Shown here piece after piece: positions 1 to 7,201 of a stretch of DNA of 10,882 nucleotides. Source of the DNA: a virus; the UHGV virus genome UHGV-1704817. One strand, given 5' to 3'. Each line of letters starts with the position of its first letter. Within the stretch, counting starts at the first letter, position 1. A model generated the notes under the pieces. It ran no database searches and was not told where the DNA came from. It saw only the letters and a program-made list of their open reading frames with translations. The position numbers and the translations under genes were made by a program.

Positions 1-397
1 CGAAAATATTGTTGAGCCGGGGCACACGTACTACATCAAGCCTGATGCGGTATATCTCGGCATCTACGAAGGATTAGTGCTGGCTGGCGTTCATGAAGTG
101 CGTAACTTCTGGCATAGCGTTGTTGAATGCCATGCGGTGTACGACCCCGGATTCCGTGGTGAATATGCACTGCAAGGGCATCGATTATTCTGCAAATGGC
201 TTCTCGAAAACTCACCATTCCTTAACAGCATCACTATGGTTCCTGACACCACAAAATATGGACGGGCAATTATCCGTTTGCTTGGCGCTACCCGTGTTGG
301 TCACCTTGATGATGCTTATATCAGATGTGGTAAACCCGTCGGCGTAACGCTTTATCAGTTAACTCGGCAACAATATAAGGAATTCAGCGAATGTTAA
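1..397 (+). CDS. Phage virion protein, C-terminal part of a gene that starts upstream of the window (position matches a P22 gp14-type gene; function not established)
   Basis: The reading frame is open from base 2 (ENIVEPGHTYYIKPDAVYLG...) and stops at TAA 395-397. Its stop overlaps the next start (ATGTTAA, ATG at 391), indicating translational coupling. Composition matches the following ejection-protein genes. Confidence 0.55.
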   Translation, partial: ENIVEPGHTYYIKPDAVYLGIYEGLVLAGVHEVRNFWHSVVECHAVYDPGFRGEYALQGHRLFCKWLLENSPFLNSITMVPDTTKYGRAIIRLLGATRVGHLDDAYIRCGKPVGVTLYQLTRQQYKEFSEC

Positions 398-1068
398 TTA
401 CCCATATAGCTCATAAACATCTCAATCGTGCCGTATACGAAAAAGGCGGTGATGGTGGTGCCTCTAAAGCTCAGGCGAAGGCCCAGCAGCAGGCAATTGA
501 TTTGCAGCGCGAGCAGTGGAATACGGTGATGAATAATCTCAAGCCGTATGCAGAAGTCGGATTGCCTGCTTTACAACAACTGCAAGGACTGATGACTCTG
601 GAAGGGCAGAATAAAGCCGCGAATGATTTCTTTGGTTCTGGTTTATATAAAACACAGGCAGATCAGGCCCGTTATCAGAACCTTGTCTCAGCAGAAGCTA
701 CCGGGGGGCTTGGCTCAACAGCTACCAGTAACCAGTTATCTTCCATTGCGCCCATGCTTTATAACAATTGGCTTAGTGGGCAAATGCAAAATTATGGAAA
801 CCTGCTAAATGTCGGGATGAATGCGGCATCAGGGCAGGCAACGGCAGGGCAAAACTACGCCAATAATACCGGACAACTCTTGCAGGGGCTTGGCGCTATT
901 CGTGCAGGTCAGGCGCAGCAGCCATCCAGTCTTGCGCGTGGTATTGGTGGGGCAGCATCAGGCGCTTTAGCGGGTGCGCAACTTGGTTCCGTTGTTCCTG
1001 GAATAGGAACTGCGGCCGGCGCTATTGGTGGTGGGCTTATTGGTCTTGTTGGGGGGCTTGGATTCTAA
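391..1068 (+). CDS. Phage DNA-ejection (internal virion) protein, gp7-like by position and size, with glycine-zipper C-terminus
   Basis: 225-aa ORF with AGGA at 378-381, 9 nt before the ATG. The C-terminal ~45 residues are Gly/Ala-rich (GIGGAASGALAGAQLGSVVPGIGTAAGAIGGGLIGLVGGLGF), typical of membrane-inserting segments. The start overlaps the upstream stop and the stop overlaps the downstream start (TAATG at 1066-1070). Confidence 0.8.
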   Translation: MLITHIAHKHLNRAVYEKGGDGGASKAQAKAQQQAIDLQREQWNTVMNNLKPYAEVGLPALQQLQGLMTLEGQNKAANDFFGSGLYKTQADQARYQNLVSAEATGGLGSTATSNQLSSIAPMLYNNWLSGQMQNYGNLLNVGMNAASGQATAGQNYANNTGQLLQGLGAIRAGQAQQPSSLARGIGGAASGALAGAQLGSVVPGIGTAAGAIGGGLIGLVGGLGF

Positions 1069-2387
1069 TGGCGACATGGCAACTTGGCGGGCTGCCTAGC
1101 ATGGCACCGCAAAATGATAATGCTCCTCGTTCTTCCGTTCCTCAGCCTGTGCAGTATCAGCAGCAGCCAAACGTAGGTTTAATGGCGCTACAGGGGCTAA
1201 GAGGCGTTGCTGAGATTAATCAGCAGGCGCAAATTTCCCAGCAGTTAAAAGAATATCAGGCACGGTTGGGTAGTGCGGTAGCTAATAATGATCGTGTTGG
1301 CGTGCAGAAGTTAATGGCCCAGTATCCCCAGTTTATGGCTGATTCTCAAAAACAGATGGGATTCATTGATGCTGAGCAAAATCGACAGACCGCTGACGCT
1401 GCCATGAATCTGCGTCTTGCGTCACAAACTGGAGATCCACTGACCATGCAGAAGGCCATTCAGCAGGCAAATCCAGTATTACAGCGATTTGGTCTTCCTG
1501 CTGAAGAGGTTTATCAGTCTTGGCAGAATGACCCACAGGAATTCAACAGAATCACTGACCTCATCCACCTCCATGCTGATCCAAATAGTTACTTTAGTGT
1601 TCAAGAGAAGCAGCAAGGGCAGAGCATTGCACAGCAGAACGCAGATACATCCGCATATAATGCTCAGGTTAATGCGGAACAGGGTAATCGACGTCTCGAT
1701 ATGGAGCAGTTCAAAGTCCTATCCGATAACCAACTACGCACGAGAGAAATGGTTCTGAAAGCACGACTTGGACGTGCTCAAAATGACATCGAGAGAGACA
1801 AGCTCAATGCTGAACTGAGCAAGGTACAGCAGGCGAAAGTGGAGAAGATGAACGATAAAATTAATACTGTTGTAGGTAACATCGACTCCTTGAACTCTGC
1901 GCTTGAAGTGGGTCATGAACTGGCGGGAATTGTAGGGAAACATCCTTCGGCCGTTACCCGCTCGCAGAACTATAACCCCCTGACGCTGGGGTTTGGATTC
2001 CTTCCTGATGTAGCAGAAGACACACGAAGCCTACGCGCCAAAGCTGATGAATACAACCTAAAGGTTATTCTGCCTAGCCTCAAAGGGACTTTTGGCTCTA
2101 ACCCAACCGAAGGGGAAAGGGCTGCCCTTATGCAATCTCAAAATGGCATTAAGTCAGCAACCAGCAATGAGGCATTTTTGCGAGAGTTGAATAAAGCGCA
2201 GGACGTAATTATTCGAATGCAGAAACGACAGATTGCCGGGCTCGGTATTCCTGTAACCAAATCTAAGGACGAAGAAACTGATACCAAAATGCTGTTGCAG
2301 GATCCTTCACTGGTTAAGGATTATGTGACCGCACATGGCTATCTGCCGGAAAGTTACTATCAGGCAAAACTTAAGGGATGGCAATGA
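1068..2387 (+). CDS. Phage DNA-ejection (internal virion) protein, gp20-like by position and size
   Basis: 439-aa ORF, Gln-rich and predicted helical, coupled to both neighbours (TAATG upstream, ATGA overlap downstream). Second gene of a three-gene block matching the gp7/gp20/gp16 order of P22-like podoviruses. Assignment is by synteny and size, not alignment. Confidence 0.75.
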   Translation: MATWQLGGLPSMAPQNDNAPRSSVPQPVQYQQQPNVGLMALQGLRGVAEINQQAQISQQLKEYQARLGSAVANNDRVGVQKLMAQYPQFMADSQKQMGFIDAEQNRQTADAAMNLRLASQTGDPLTMQKAIQQANPVLQRFGLPAEEVYQSWQNDPQEFNRITDLIHLHADPNSYFSVQEKQQGQSIAQQNADTSAYNAQVNAEQGNRRLDMEQFKVLSDNQLRTREMVLKARLGRAQNDIERDKLNAELSKVQQAKVEKMNDKINTVVGNIDSLNSALEVGHELAGIVGKHPSAVTRSQNYNPLTLGFGFLPDVAEDTRSLRAKADEYNLKVILPSLKGTFGSNPTEGERAALMQSQNGIKSATSNEAFLRELNKAQDVIIRMQKRQIAGLGIPVTKSKDEETDTKMLLQDPSLVKDYVTAHGYLPESYYQAKLKGWQ

Positions 2388-5104
2388 TGGCACAACTGAC
2401 AGAAAAACAGAAAGCCTATTCCCGTCATCTCGATGAAAAATATGGTTTCCCATCAGGGACGATGGAAACATTAGTTGGCAATGAATCTAGTGGTAACGGA
2501 AGTGCCGAGTCACCGAAAGGAGCTAGAGGATTTGCTCAACTGATGCCCTCAGTAATGAGTGATGCTGGTTATCGTGGAACAGATCCGCGCTCACTGCCAT
2601 TTGAAAAGCAAATGGATATCGCAGCAAACCATCTCAATAAAGGAATGAAGCGATTTGGTGATATAGGTATGGCATTGGCTGGGTATAATTCTGGCTATGC
2701 TCGTATTAATGCCGTCAGAAACGGTAAATCTACACTGCCAGATGAAACGGCTAATTACGTAAGTAAATTTGCAGATGCCGGAATAATCCCTGATGACAGT
2801 GAAATCTTGCAGTTTGCACAAACCAGTCAACATCGCAATCTTCAGCAGCCTGACTACTCAGAGCTTGATAAAGAAATCTCTCAGGTGGGAGATATTTCTG
2901 CATGGGAAGCAAAACGTCAGCAATTTAAGAACATAGAAGCAGGACTACCAACAGCCAGTTCATGGGAGCAGAAAAGAGCTCAGTTTCTCGCCGATGAAAA
3001 TGCCGGGGAACCGCAGCAGCAAGTAGCCAAGTCTAACCTTAATCCTGAGATGGAATATCTTTCGCCAGGACTGAAAGCTGCGCCAGAGCAGATGGCCAGA
3101 GGGATTGCTAATATACCGTTTGATGTAATGGACGCAGGCGTGGGGGTAGTCAATGCGGCGCAATCAGCCGGAGCATGGGCAGCTCAGAAGCTTGGTGTGG
3201 GTGATGGCACATACACGCCCATATCACCTGTCTTTCGCCCAGTAGACCAACCTACAGATCCATACGCGCAGGCTGGTGAGCAGCTAGCACCTTACCTTAT
3301 TACAGGATTAGGTGCAGGAAAGGCAGCTACCGCAGCTTCTTCAGTTGCCAACGCTCCACGTGCTGAACGTGCGGCCACAAAGGTGGCTAGTATGTTGGCA
3401 GAAAACCTGCCAGGTACATTGGTGAACGCCCAAAAGAACGGGCAGATCAGCCCAGAAGACCTAGCAAAAGAGACAGGTATTGGCCTAGCAGGATCGCTAG
3501 GAGCACGCGCTTTAATAAAGAGCGGACAGACAGCCAGTGACGTAATGCGAGATGTATTGCGGAGTAATACAAATCAATCAGGCCATGTGTTAGGGGCAGC
3601 AAATACTCTGGAAACCGCCAATGATGTATCGAAAGCAGCGCGTTCTGCCGTAGGCCGAGAGCATATCGCATCGCAGGCATCAAACGTCAGAGATGATGTC
3701 GCTAAGGCGGCGAAAATCACTGGTATTAATATCAACACCCTGACGCCTGGAATGCGCTCAGGTAGTCGTGGAATTGCCCAAGCAGAAGGTGTTCTGGCAT
3801 CAACTCCTGGGAATGTTCAGGATGCTCACCTTACGGCCTTCAATGAAATATCCTCAAAGTTGAATAAGCAGTTGTCTGATTTCGGTGCTGAGTCTGGAAG
3901 CGCATCAGAAAAAAGCGCAGCAATTAAAGAGCGCATCATCGCGAGCCTCAGTGATATGAAAACAGCAGAGAATATGGCATGGGCAGAACTGCGAAGCACG
4001 ATGCCACGCGAAAGGATGAAAATGAGTAATGGGATGGCTGTCGTCCAAGCAGAAAAAGCAGCCAATGTTCCACTCAGCCCGGAGATGAAACAGTTTCAGG
4101 CTGCCAACAACCAAGGTGGCGGCATAACCTTCGACGGGATGAAGGCATGGCGTGCTAAGTTTGCTGATGCTGAACAAGCAAACACCCGGGCAGGTAAGGC
4201 CAATGCCGCCCGGATTGCCGGAGAAATGCGCAGAGCTATCACTGATGACATGCGCATCATGGCTGAAAAAGGAAACTTCCTCACAGAATGGCAGAAAGCT
4301 AACGATCTCTCTAAAAGTTACATTATCGCCAAACAAAATGCCGAATCTGTTTTTGGTCGAGATCTCGCATCAGACGCTATGGTAAGAAAAGGTGCCGATA
4401 CGCTTAAGGCATCCGCAAACACTGGAACGGGAGCTTTTCACCGTCTTATCTCCGCGCTGCCGGAAGCAGAACGCCAACCTGCAATAGCATCTATTCTTCA
4501 GCATGCTGTGGCGCAGGGAGAGAAGGGAGGAATCGGTGAAGAGTCAGGTATCCAGTATTTTGCCAAGCTCATGACCCAGCAGAATGTAAACGCCATCAGT
4601 CGTCATGCGCCAGATCTCGGTAGAATGATGAAAGAGTTCGGTGTACTCGCTAAAGCCAGTACCAGACCGCAGCGATACGTAGAGCGCACGGGAAGAACAA
4701 CTGAGGCTCTCAAAACGCTCGATTCAGGCCTTCCAAAGATCGTCGGCGTGATTATGAACGGAGTTCAACAGTCAGGTGCGATCGCTGGAGGCTTTGGCGG
4801 TGGTGTAATTGGTTCGATTAGTGGTTTGGTTGCTGGTGGCGCGCTAAGAAATGCTGTGGCTAAGATTGGGGCGACAAGAAGTGGTCGATATGCGATAGAG
4901 AAAGCCGTTCAGGAAGCTACAAAAGCAGTGCGCGCAGGGGCATCACCAGCAGCGATCGCCGCAGCAGAGAAACGATTTTCGGCCAATAAAATTGCCATGA
5001 AAGCAATTCGTGATGCCGTTGGGGCTGAAGAATTCGTGAAACTGACAAGGGCCGGGATTGTAGCTACCCTCAGTGGCATGAAAGATGTTAGCGAATGGGA
5101 ATAG
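2384..5104 (+). CDS. Phage DNA-ejection / internal virion protein with N-terminal lytic transglycosylase (SLT) domain
   Basis: Long ORF ending at TAG 5102-5104. The SLT motif set is visible in the first ~120 residues: ES catalytic motif (LVGNESSGNG), GFAQLMP (GLMQ-like) and AGYNSGYARI (AYNxG-like). A glycine-zipper hydrophobic segment lies near the C-terminus (GAIAGGFGGGVIGSISGLVAGGAL). Start chosen at ATG 2384 because AAGGGA (2373-2378) sits 5 nt upstream; the six-frame track starts at 2378, which overlaps that SD; ATG 2387 is also possible. Confidence 0.85.
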   Translation: MMAQLTEKQKAYSRHLDEKYGFPSGTMETLVGNESSGNGSAESPKGARGFAQLMPSVMSDAGYRGTDPRSLPFEKQMDIAANHLNKGMKRFGDIGMALAGYNSGYARINAVRNGKSTLPDETANYVSKFADAGIIPDDSEILQFAQTSQHRNLQQPDYSELDKEISQVGDISAWEAKRQQFKNIEAGLPTASSWEQKRAQFLADENAGEPQQQVAKSNLNPEMEYLSPGLKAAPEQMARGIANIPFDVMDAGVGVVNAAQSAGAWAAQKLGVGDGTYTPISPVFRPVDQPTDPYAQAGEQLAPYLITGLGAGKAATAASSVANAPRAERAATKVASMLAENLPGTLVNAQKNGQISPEDLAKETGIGLAGSLGARALIKSGQTASDVMRDVLRSNTNQSGHVLGAANTLETANDVSKAARSAVGREHIASQASNVRDDVAKAAKITGININTLTPGMRSGSRGIAQAEGVLASTPGNVQDAHLTAFNEISSKLNKQLSDFGAESGSASEKSAAIKERIIASLSDMKTAENMAWAELRSTMPRERMKMSNGMAVVQAEKAANVPLSPEMKQFQAANNQGGGITFDGMKAWRAKFADAEQANTRAGKANAARIAGEMRRAITDDMRIMAEKGNFLTEWQKANDLSKSYIIAKQNAESVFGRDLASDAMVRKGADTLKASANTGTGAFHRLISALPEAERQPAIASILQHAVAQGEKGGIGEESGIQYFAKLMTQQNVNAISRHAPDLGRMMKEFGVLAKASTRPQRYVERTGRTTEALKTLDSGLPKIVGVIMNGVQQSGAIAGGFGGGVIGSISGLVAGGALRNAVAKIGATRSGRYAIEKAVQEATKAVRAGASPAAIAAAEKRFSANKIAMKAIRDAVGAEEFVKLTRAGIVATLSGMKDVSEWE

Positions 5105-5254
5105 ACGCTCTAACTAACAAAACCATAATAGCCAAGGACGGCATACTGATATTGAGCCAACTATCAAAATTCCATATCACATTACGAGCCTGTGGCTTAC
5201 ATTCGCTTACAGTGATGATAATTTATAACCACGCAATTCTTAGGTGAGATTATC

Positions 5255-5953
5255 ATGATTAAAAATCTTCTTTTAATATTATCCCTGTCATTATTGGCTG
5301 GATGCGTACAAAAACCGTTAGTAACGGTCAATGCTTTATCTTCCGGGCAATCTGTCGGTAAGAAGTTCTTGATCATCCCCGCAAGCCAAGAACTTTGGAA
5401 CACCAAACAGATTGAATACACTCAAATAGCTACGGTAGTAGCCGCCAGTTTATCAAGCCAAGGATATACACAAGTTAAAGATGAAAAATTGGCTGACCAG
5501 GTAATTCTCTTGAACTTTTTGAGAAGCGGGGCCATTTCAAATACTCGTAATGTAACCATCCCAATATACGGGCAAACTGGTGTGAGCTCAGCAACAACGT
5601 ACGGAAACTCGAACACCCCGTTCAATAGTTATGGTGGTGGCTACGGTACAGCTAATACCACTGGAACGGCAACAACAGTTTATACGCCTACTTATGGAAT
5701 TACTGGCGCGTATAACACAACTGTGACGGACACGTTCTACGGCGCAGGGGTGATACTCCAGTCGTTTGATGCCAAGGCTTATCTCAATAATCGGCAGATT
5801 AATATGTTATGGAAAGTTGGTAGCTCAGTCGTCTCGCAACAGTCTGATGGAATTGCTGATTACAAAGGGTTGGCGAGAATAGCCGCTAGCTATGCCGGGA
5901 AAAATACAGAAGGTGATATAACTTTTAATGTTGACCCTAAAGCACCAAATTAA
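5255..5953 (+). CDS. Putative lipoprotein (prophage cargo / moron), possible surface or superinfection-exclusion factor
   Basis: 232-aa ORF with SD AGGTGAG (5243-5249). N-terminus MIKNLLLILSLSLLAGC is a signal peptide with a lipobox (LLAG-C, Cys17). Central T/G/Y/N-rich low-complexity stretch (SATTYGNSNTPFNSYGGGYGTANTTGTATTVYTPTYGITGAYNTT). Gene is AT-rich relative to the upstream ejection genes and preceded by a 150-bp AT-rich intergenic region. Confidence 0.75.
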   Translation: MIKNLLLILSLSLLAGCVQKPLVTVNALSSGQSVGKKFLIIPASQELWNTKQIEYTQIATVVAASLSSQGYTQVKDEKLADQVILLNFLRSGAISNTRNVTIPIYGQTGVSSATTYGNSNTPFNSYGGGYGTANTTGTATTVYTPTYGITGAYNTTVTDTFYGAGVILQSFDAKAYLNNRQINMLWKVGSSVVSQQSDGIADYKGLARIAASYAGKNTEGDITFNVDPKAPN

Positions 5954-5960
5954 CTAATAA

Positions 5961-5986
5961 GCCCGGTACGCCGGGCATTCATGCCC
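5961..5986 (+). terminator. Putative intrinsic terminator hairpins downstream of the lipoprotein gene
   Basis: GCCCGG-tacg-CCGGGC (5961-5976) overlapping GGGCAT-tc-ATGCCC (5973-5986), 8 nt after the lipoprotein stop. The following U-tract is weak (ATTCAT..TTATTC), so the call is tentative. Confidence 0.35.
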
Positions 5987-6034
5987 CTATTATTCATGAA
6001 TCGCTTTTTCTGGAAGGTATGCGACAAACGTTAA

Positions 6035-6319
6035 GTGACATTGCCTACACATTCGGGCTCAAATCCGCTCCCAGTTGATGGGGCCGTTACAGTACGCGCA
6101 TATCCGCTTTATGTGAAACAGGAAGATTTTTCTGATATCACAGCCACAGCAAAACACCAATTTCGAGACAAGTACGCACACAATGGAGGGGAGTACCATG
6201 AAACTGTTCTCTACACGAGACAGAGTGGTGGTGATGTGTTGATTATCGGCGTATATGCGCACAGGACGCGCTATGACAATGTTTTATGCGGGTACACCAA
6301 TCACATGTATCTGGTGTGA
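6035..6319 (+). CDS. Questionable ORF (94 codons, GTG start only, no SD); overlaps repeat copy 1; probably a gene relic or non-coding
   Basis: No in-frame ATG start; the track's first codon is GTG at 6035 with no upstream Shine-Dalgarno. Contains the conserved GACAAGTACGC element at 6167-6177. Confidence 0.15.
   Translation: MTLPTHSGSNPLPVDGAVTVRAYPLYVKQEDFSDITATAKHQFRDKYAHNGGEYHETVLYTRQSGGDVLIIGVYAHRTRYDNVLCGYTNHMYLV
6159..6181 (+). repeat. Copy 1 of a diverged direct repeat with perfectly conserved 11-mer GACAAGTACGC
   Basis: AATTTCGA-GACAAGTACGC-ACAC, with the 11-mer at 6167-6177. Same orientation as copies at 6400-6410 and 9105-9115. All three share ATTT(C/T)G(N)GACAAGTACGC(R)C(R)C. Confidence 0.7.
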
Positions 6320-6342
6320 TAAATCGCGTTACATGACCTCTC

Positions 6343-6540
6343 ATGTTGTGCTGGTGGTTATCACGACGTTCTGAATCTGGCTTTTGTCTGATATTTTGCG
6401 ACAAGTACGCGCGCGTAACATCGAAATTATCGGATGGCGTATGTTGCTGGCAAGATAAAGCCGGCGTAATACAAAGGCGTTACTTGATAGCAGCAAGATT
6501 ACAACAATGGTTGTTGAATTTGAGCGATGTAAGGAATTGA
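6343..6540 (+). CDS. Questionable ORF (65 codons); overlaps repeat copy 2; probably non-coding
   Basis: No convincing SD, and the ORF is Cys/Trp-rich in an unusual way. Contains GACAAGTACGC at 6400-6410. Confidence 0.12.
   Translation: MLCWWLSRRSESGFCLIFCDKYARVTSKLSDGVCCWQDKAGVIQRRYLIAARLQQWLLNLSDVRN
6391..6419 (+). repeat. Copy 2 of the GACAAGTACGC repeat family
   Basis: ATATTTTGC-GACAAGTACGC-GCGCGTAAC, with the 11-mer at 6400-6410. About 45 bp around the core aligns with copy 3 at roughly 75% identity with one indel (ctggcttttgtctgatattttgc vs ctggcggtttctggtatttcgg upstream of the core). Confidence 0.7.
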
Positions 6541-6751
6541 TTTAGGGAGGCGCTGATGGCTAAAAAGTTCCACTACCAGCGGATGAATGCGCCAGCGATG
6601 GCCGTTTGGTAGTAAAAGAGGAGCCATTCCTCAATCAGTTGAATACATTATGCCAACTAAATGGGTGGGGCACTGTGTGGGTATTCAGCGGTGACGGTAT
6701 TTTTTAAGCCAAGGACTATCCGTAGCAGGGGGACTCATTTTGAAATATTTA

Positions 6752-7189
6752 TCATATGTAACTTATTATTTTAGATAAAGATTTCCAGTTAAAGAAAAAA
6801 GTTATCATTGATATAATCAAATATGCCCCTGCGAGTAGCAGGGCATAATAATCCAGAGGCAGATTGCTGACAACAGGGGCAAACATCGAGATCATTGCTA
6901 ATAGGCAGGCTGTGATCAGCGTAGTTCCTGTATCAAAAAGCCCCTCAATAATGCCTTTTAGTACTCCGTTACTTTTTAGAGCGCCTACAATTCCCTTTGA
7001 ACTATCAAAGCTACTTAGCATGGTGACTGATGCCAAAACAAAACCAAAGAGAACTCCAGAAATAGTTGAAAGAGCACCAGCAGCCGAAATGACAGCATTG
7101 TGATCTAGGTCGTGTAAAAAATGGGCACCAGCAATAGCCATAGCTAGAGCAAACAATGACTTGGCAGCAAACAATTTCCGAGAACTCAT
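6752..7189 (-). CDS. Small multi-pass inner-membrane protein (145 aa, about four TM helices); second gene of a two-gene operon; candidate membrane effector
   Basis: Minus-strand ORF with AGGA 7 nt upstream of its ATG. It starts 12 bp after the TAA stop of the 361-aa gene. Four long hydrophobic segments (about residues 9-24, 32-60, 85-110, 113-135) and an HDLDH motif in the first loop. AT-rich. Confidence 0.75.
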   Translation of the reverse strand: MSSRKLFAAKSLFALAMAIAGAHFLHDLDHNAVISAAGALSTISGVLFGFVLASVTMLSSFDSSKGIVGALKSNGVLKGIIEGLFDTGTTLITACLLAMISMFAPVVSNLPLDYYALLLAGAYLIISMITFFFNWKSLSKIISYI

Positions 7190-7201
7190 AATGTATTCCT
7201 G

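Noticed and set aside
36-5625. Multiple 60-140-codon ORFs nested in or antisense to the ejection-protein and lipoprotein genes (36-218, 93-347, 623-808, 1489-1758, 1734-1943, 2591-2833, 2960-3163, 3447-3683, 3826-4065, 3905-4336, 4096-4284, 4152-4385, 5197-5421, 5422-5625)
   Set aside because: All overlap long, coupled, RBS-bearing genes; they lack RBSs and have the skewed composition of shadow frames.
5990-6060. Possible tRNA or tRNA fragment (att site) near GGGCTCAAATCC
   Set aside because: The T-loop-like heptamer is not flanked by complementary 5-bp stems, and no acceptor stem or CCA context was found. No tRNA is called.
6035-6319. 94-codon ORF as a RelE/ParE-like toxin (the C-terminus GGEYHETVLYTRQSGGDVLIIGVYAHRTRY loosely resembles the RelE/ParE C-terminal pattern)
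   Set aside because: The resemblance needs indels and is weak. There is no ATG start or SD, no adjacent antitoxin-like gene, and the ORF overlaps a nucleotide-level repeat. Treated as a probable relic, not a called toxin.
6159-6419. GACAAGTACGC repeat copies as sigma70 or sigma54 promoters
   Set aside because: The TTGCGA/TTCGGG hexamers have wrong spacing to any -10-like hexamer (about 14 bp), and the GG/GC dinucleotides are about 19 bp apart rather than the sigma54 spacing. Promoter identity is not supported.
6823-6846. Inverted repeat ATGCCC(C)TGC-gagta-GCAGGGCAT as a terminator
   Set aside because: It lies inside the coding region of the 145-aa membrane-protein gene, about 70-90 nt before its stop, and lacks a U-tract. 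Likely incidental mRNA structure.
6059-7103. Minus-strand ORF 6059-6262 and plus-strand ORF 6864-7103
   Set aside because: The first is antisense within the degenerate repeat region with no RBS. The second is antisense inside the well-supported membrane-protein gene.
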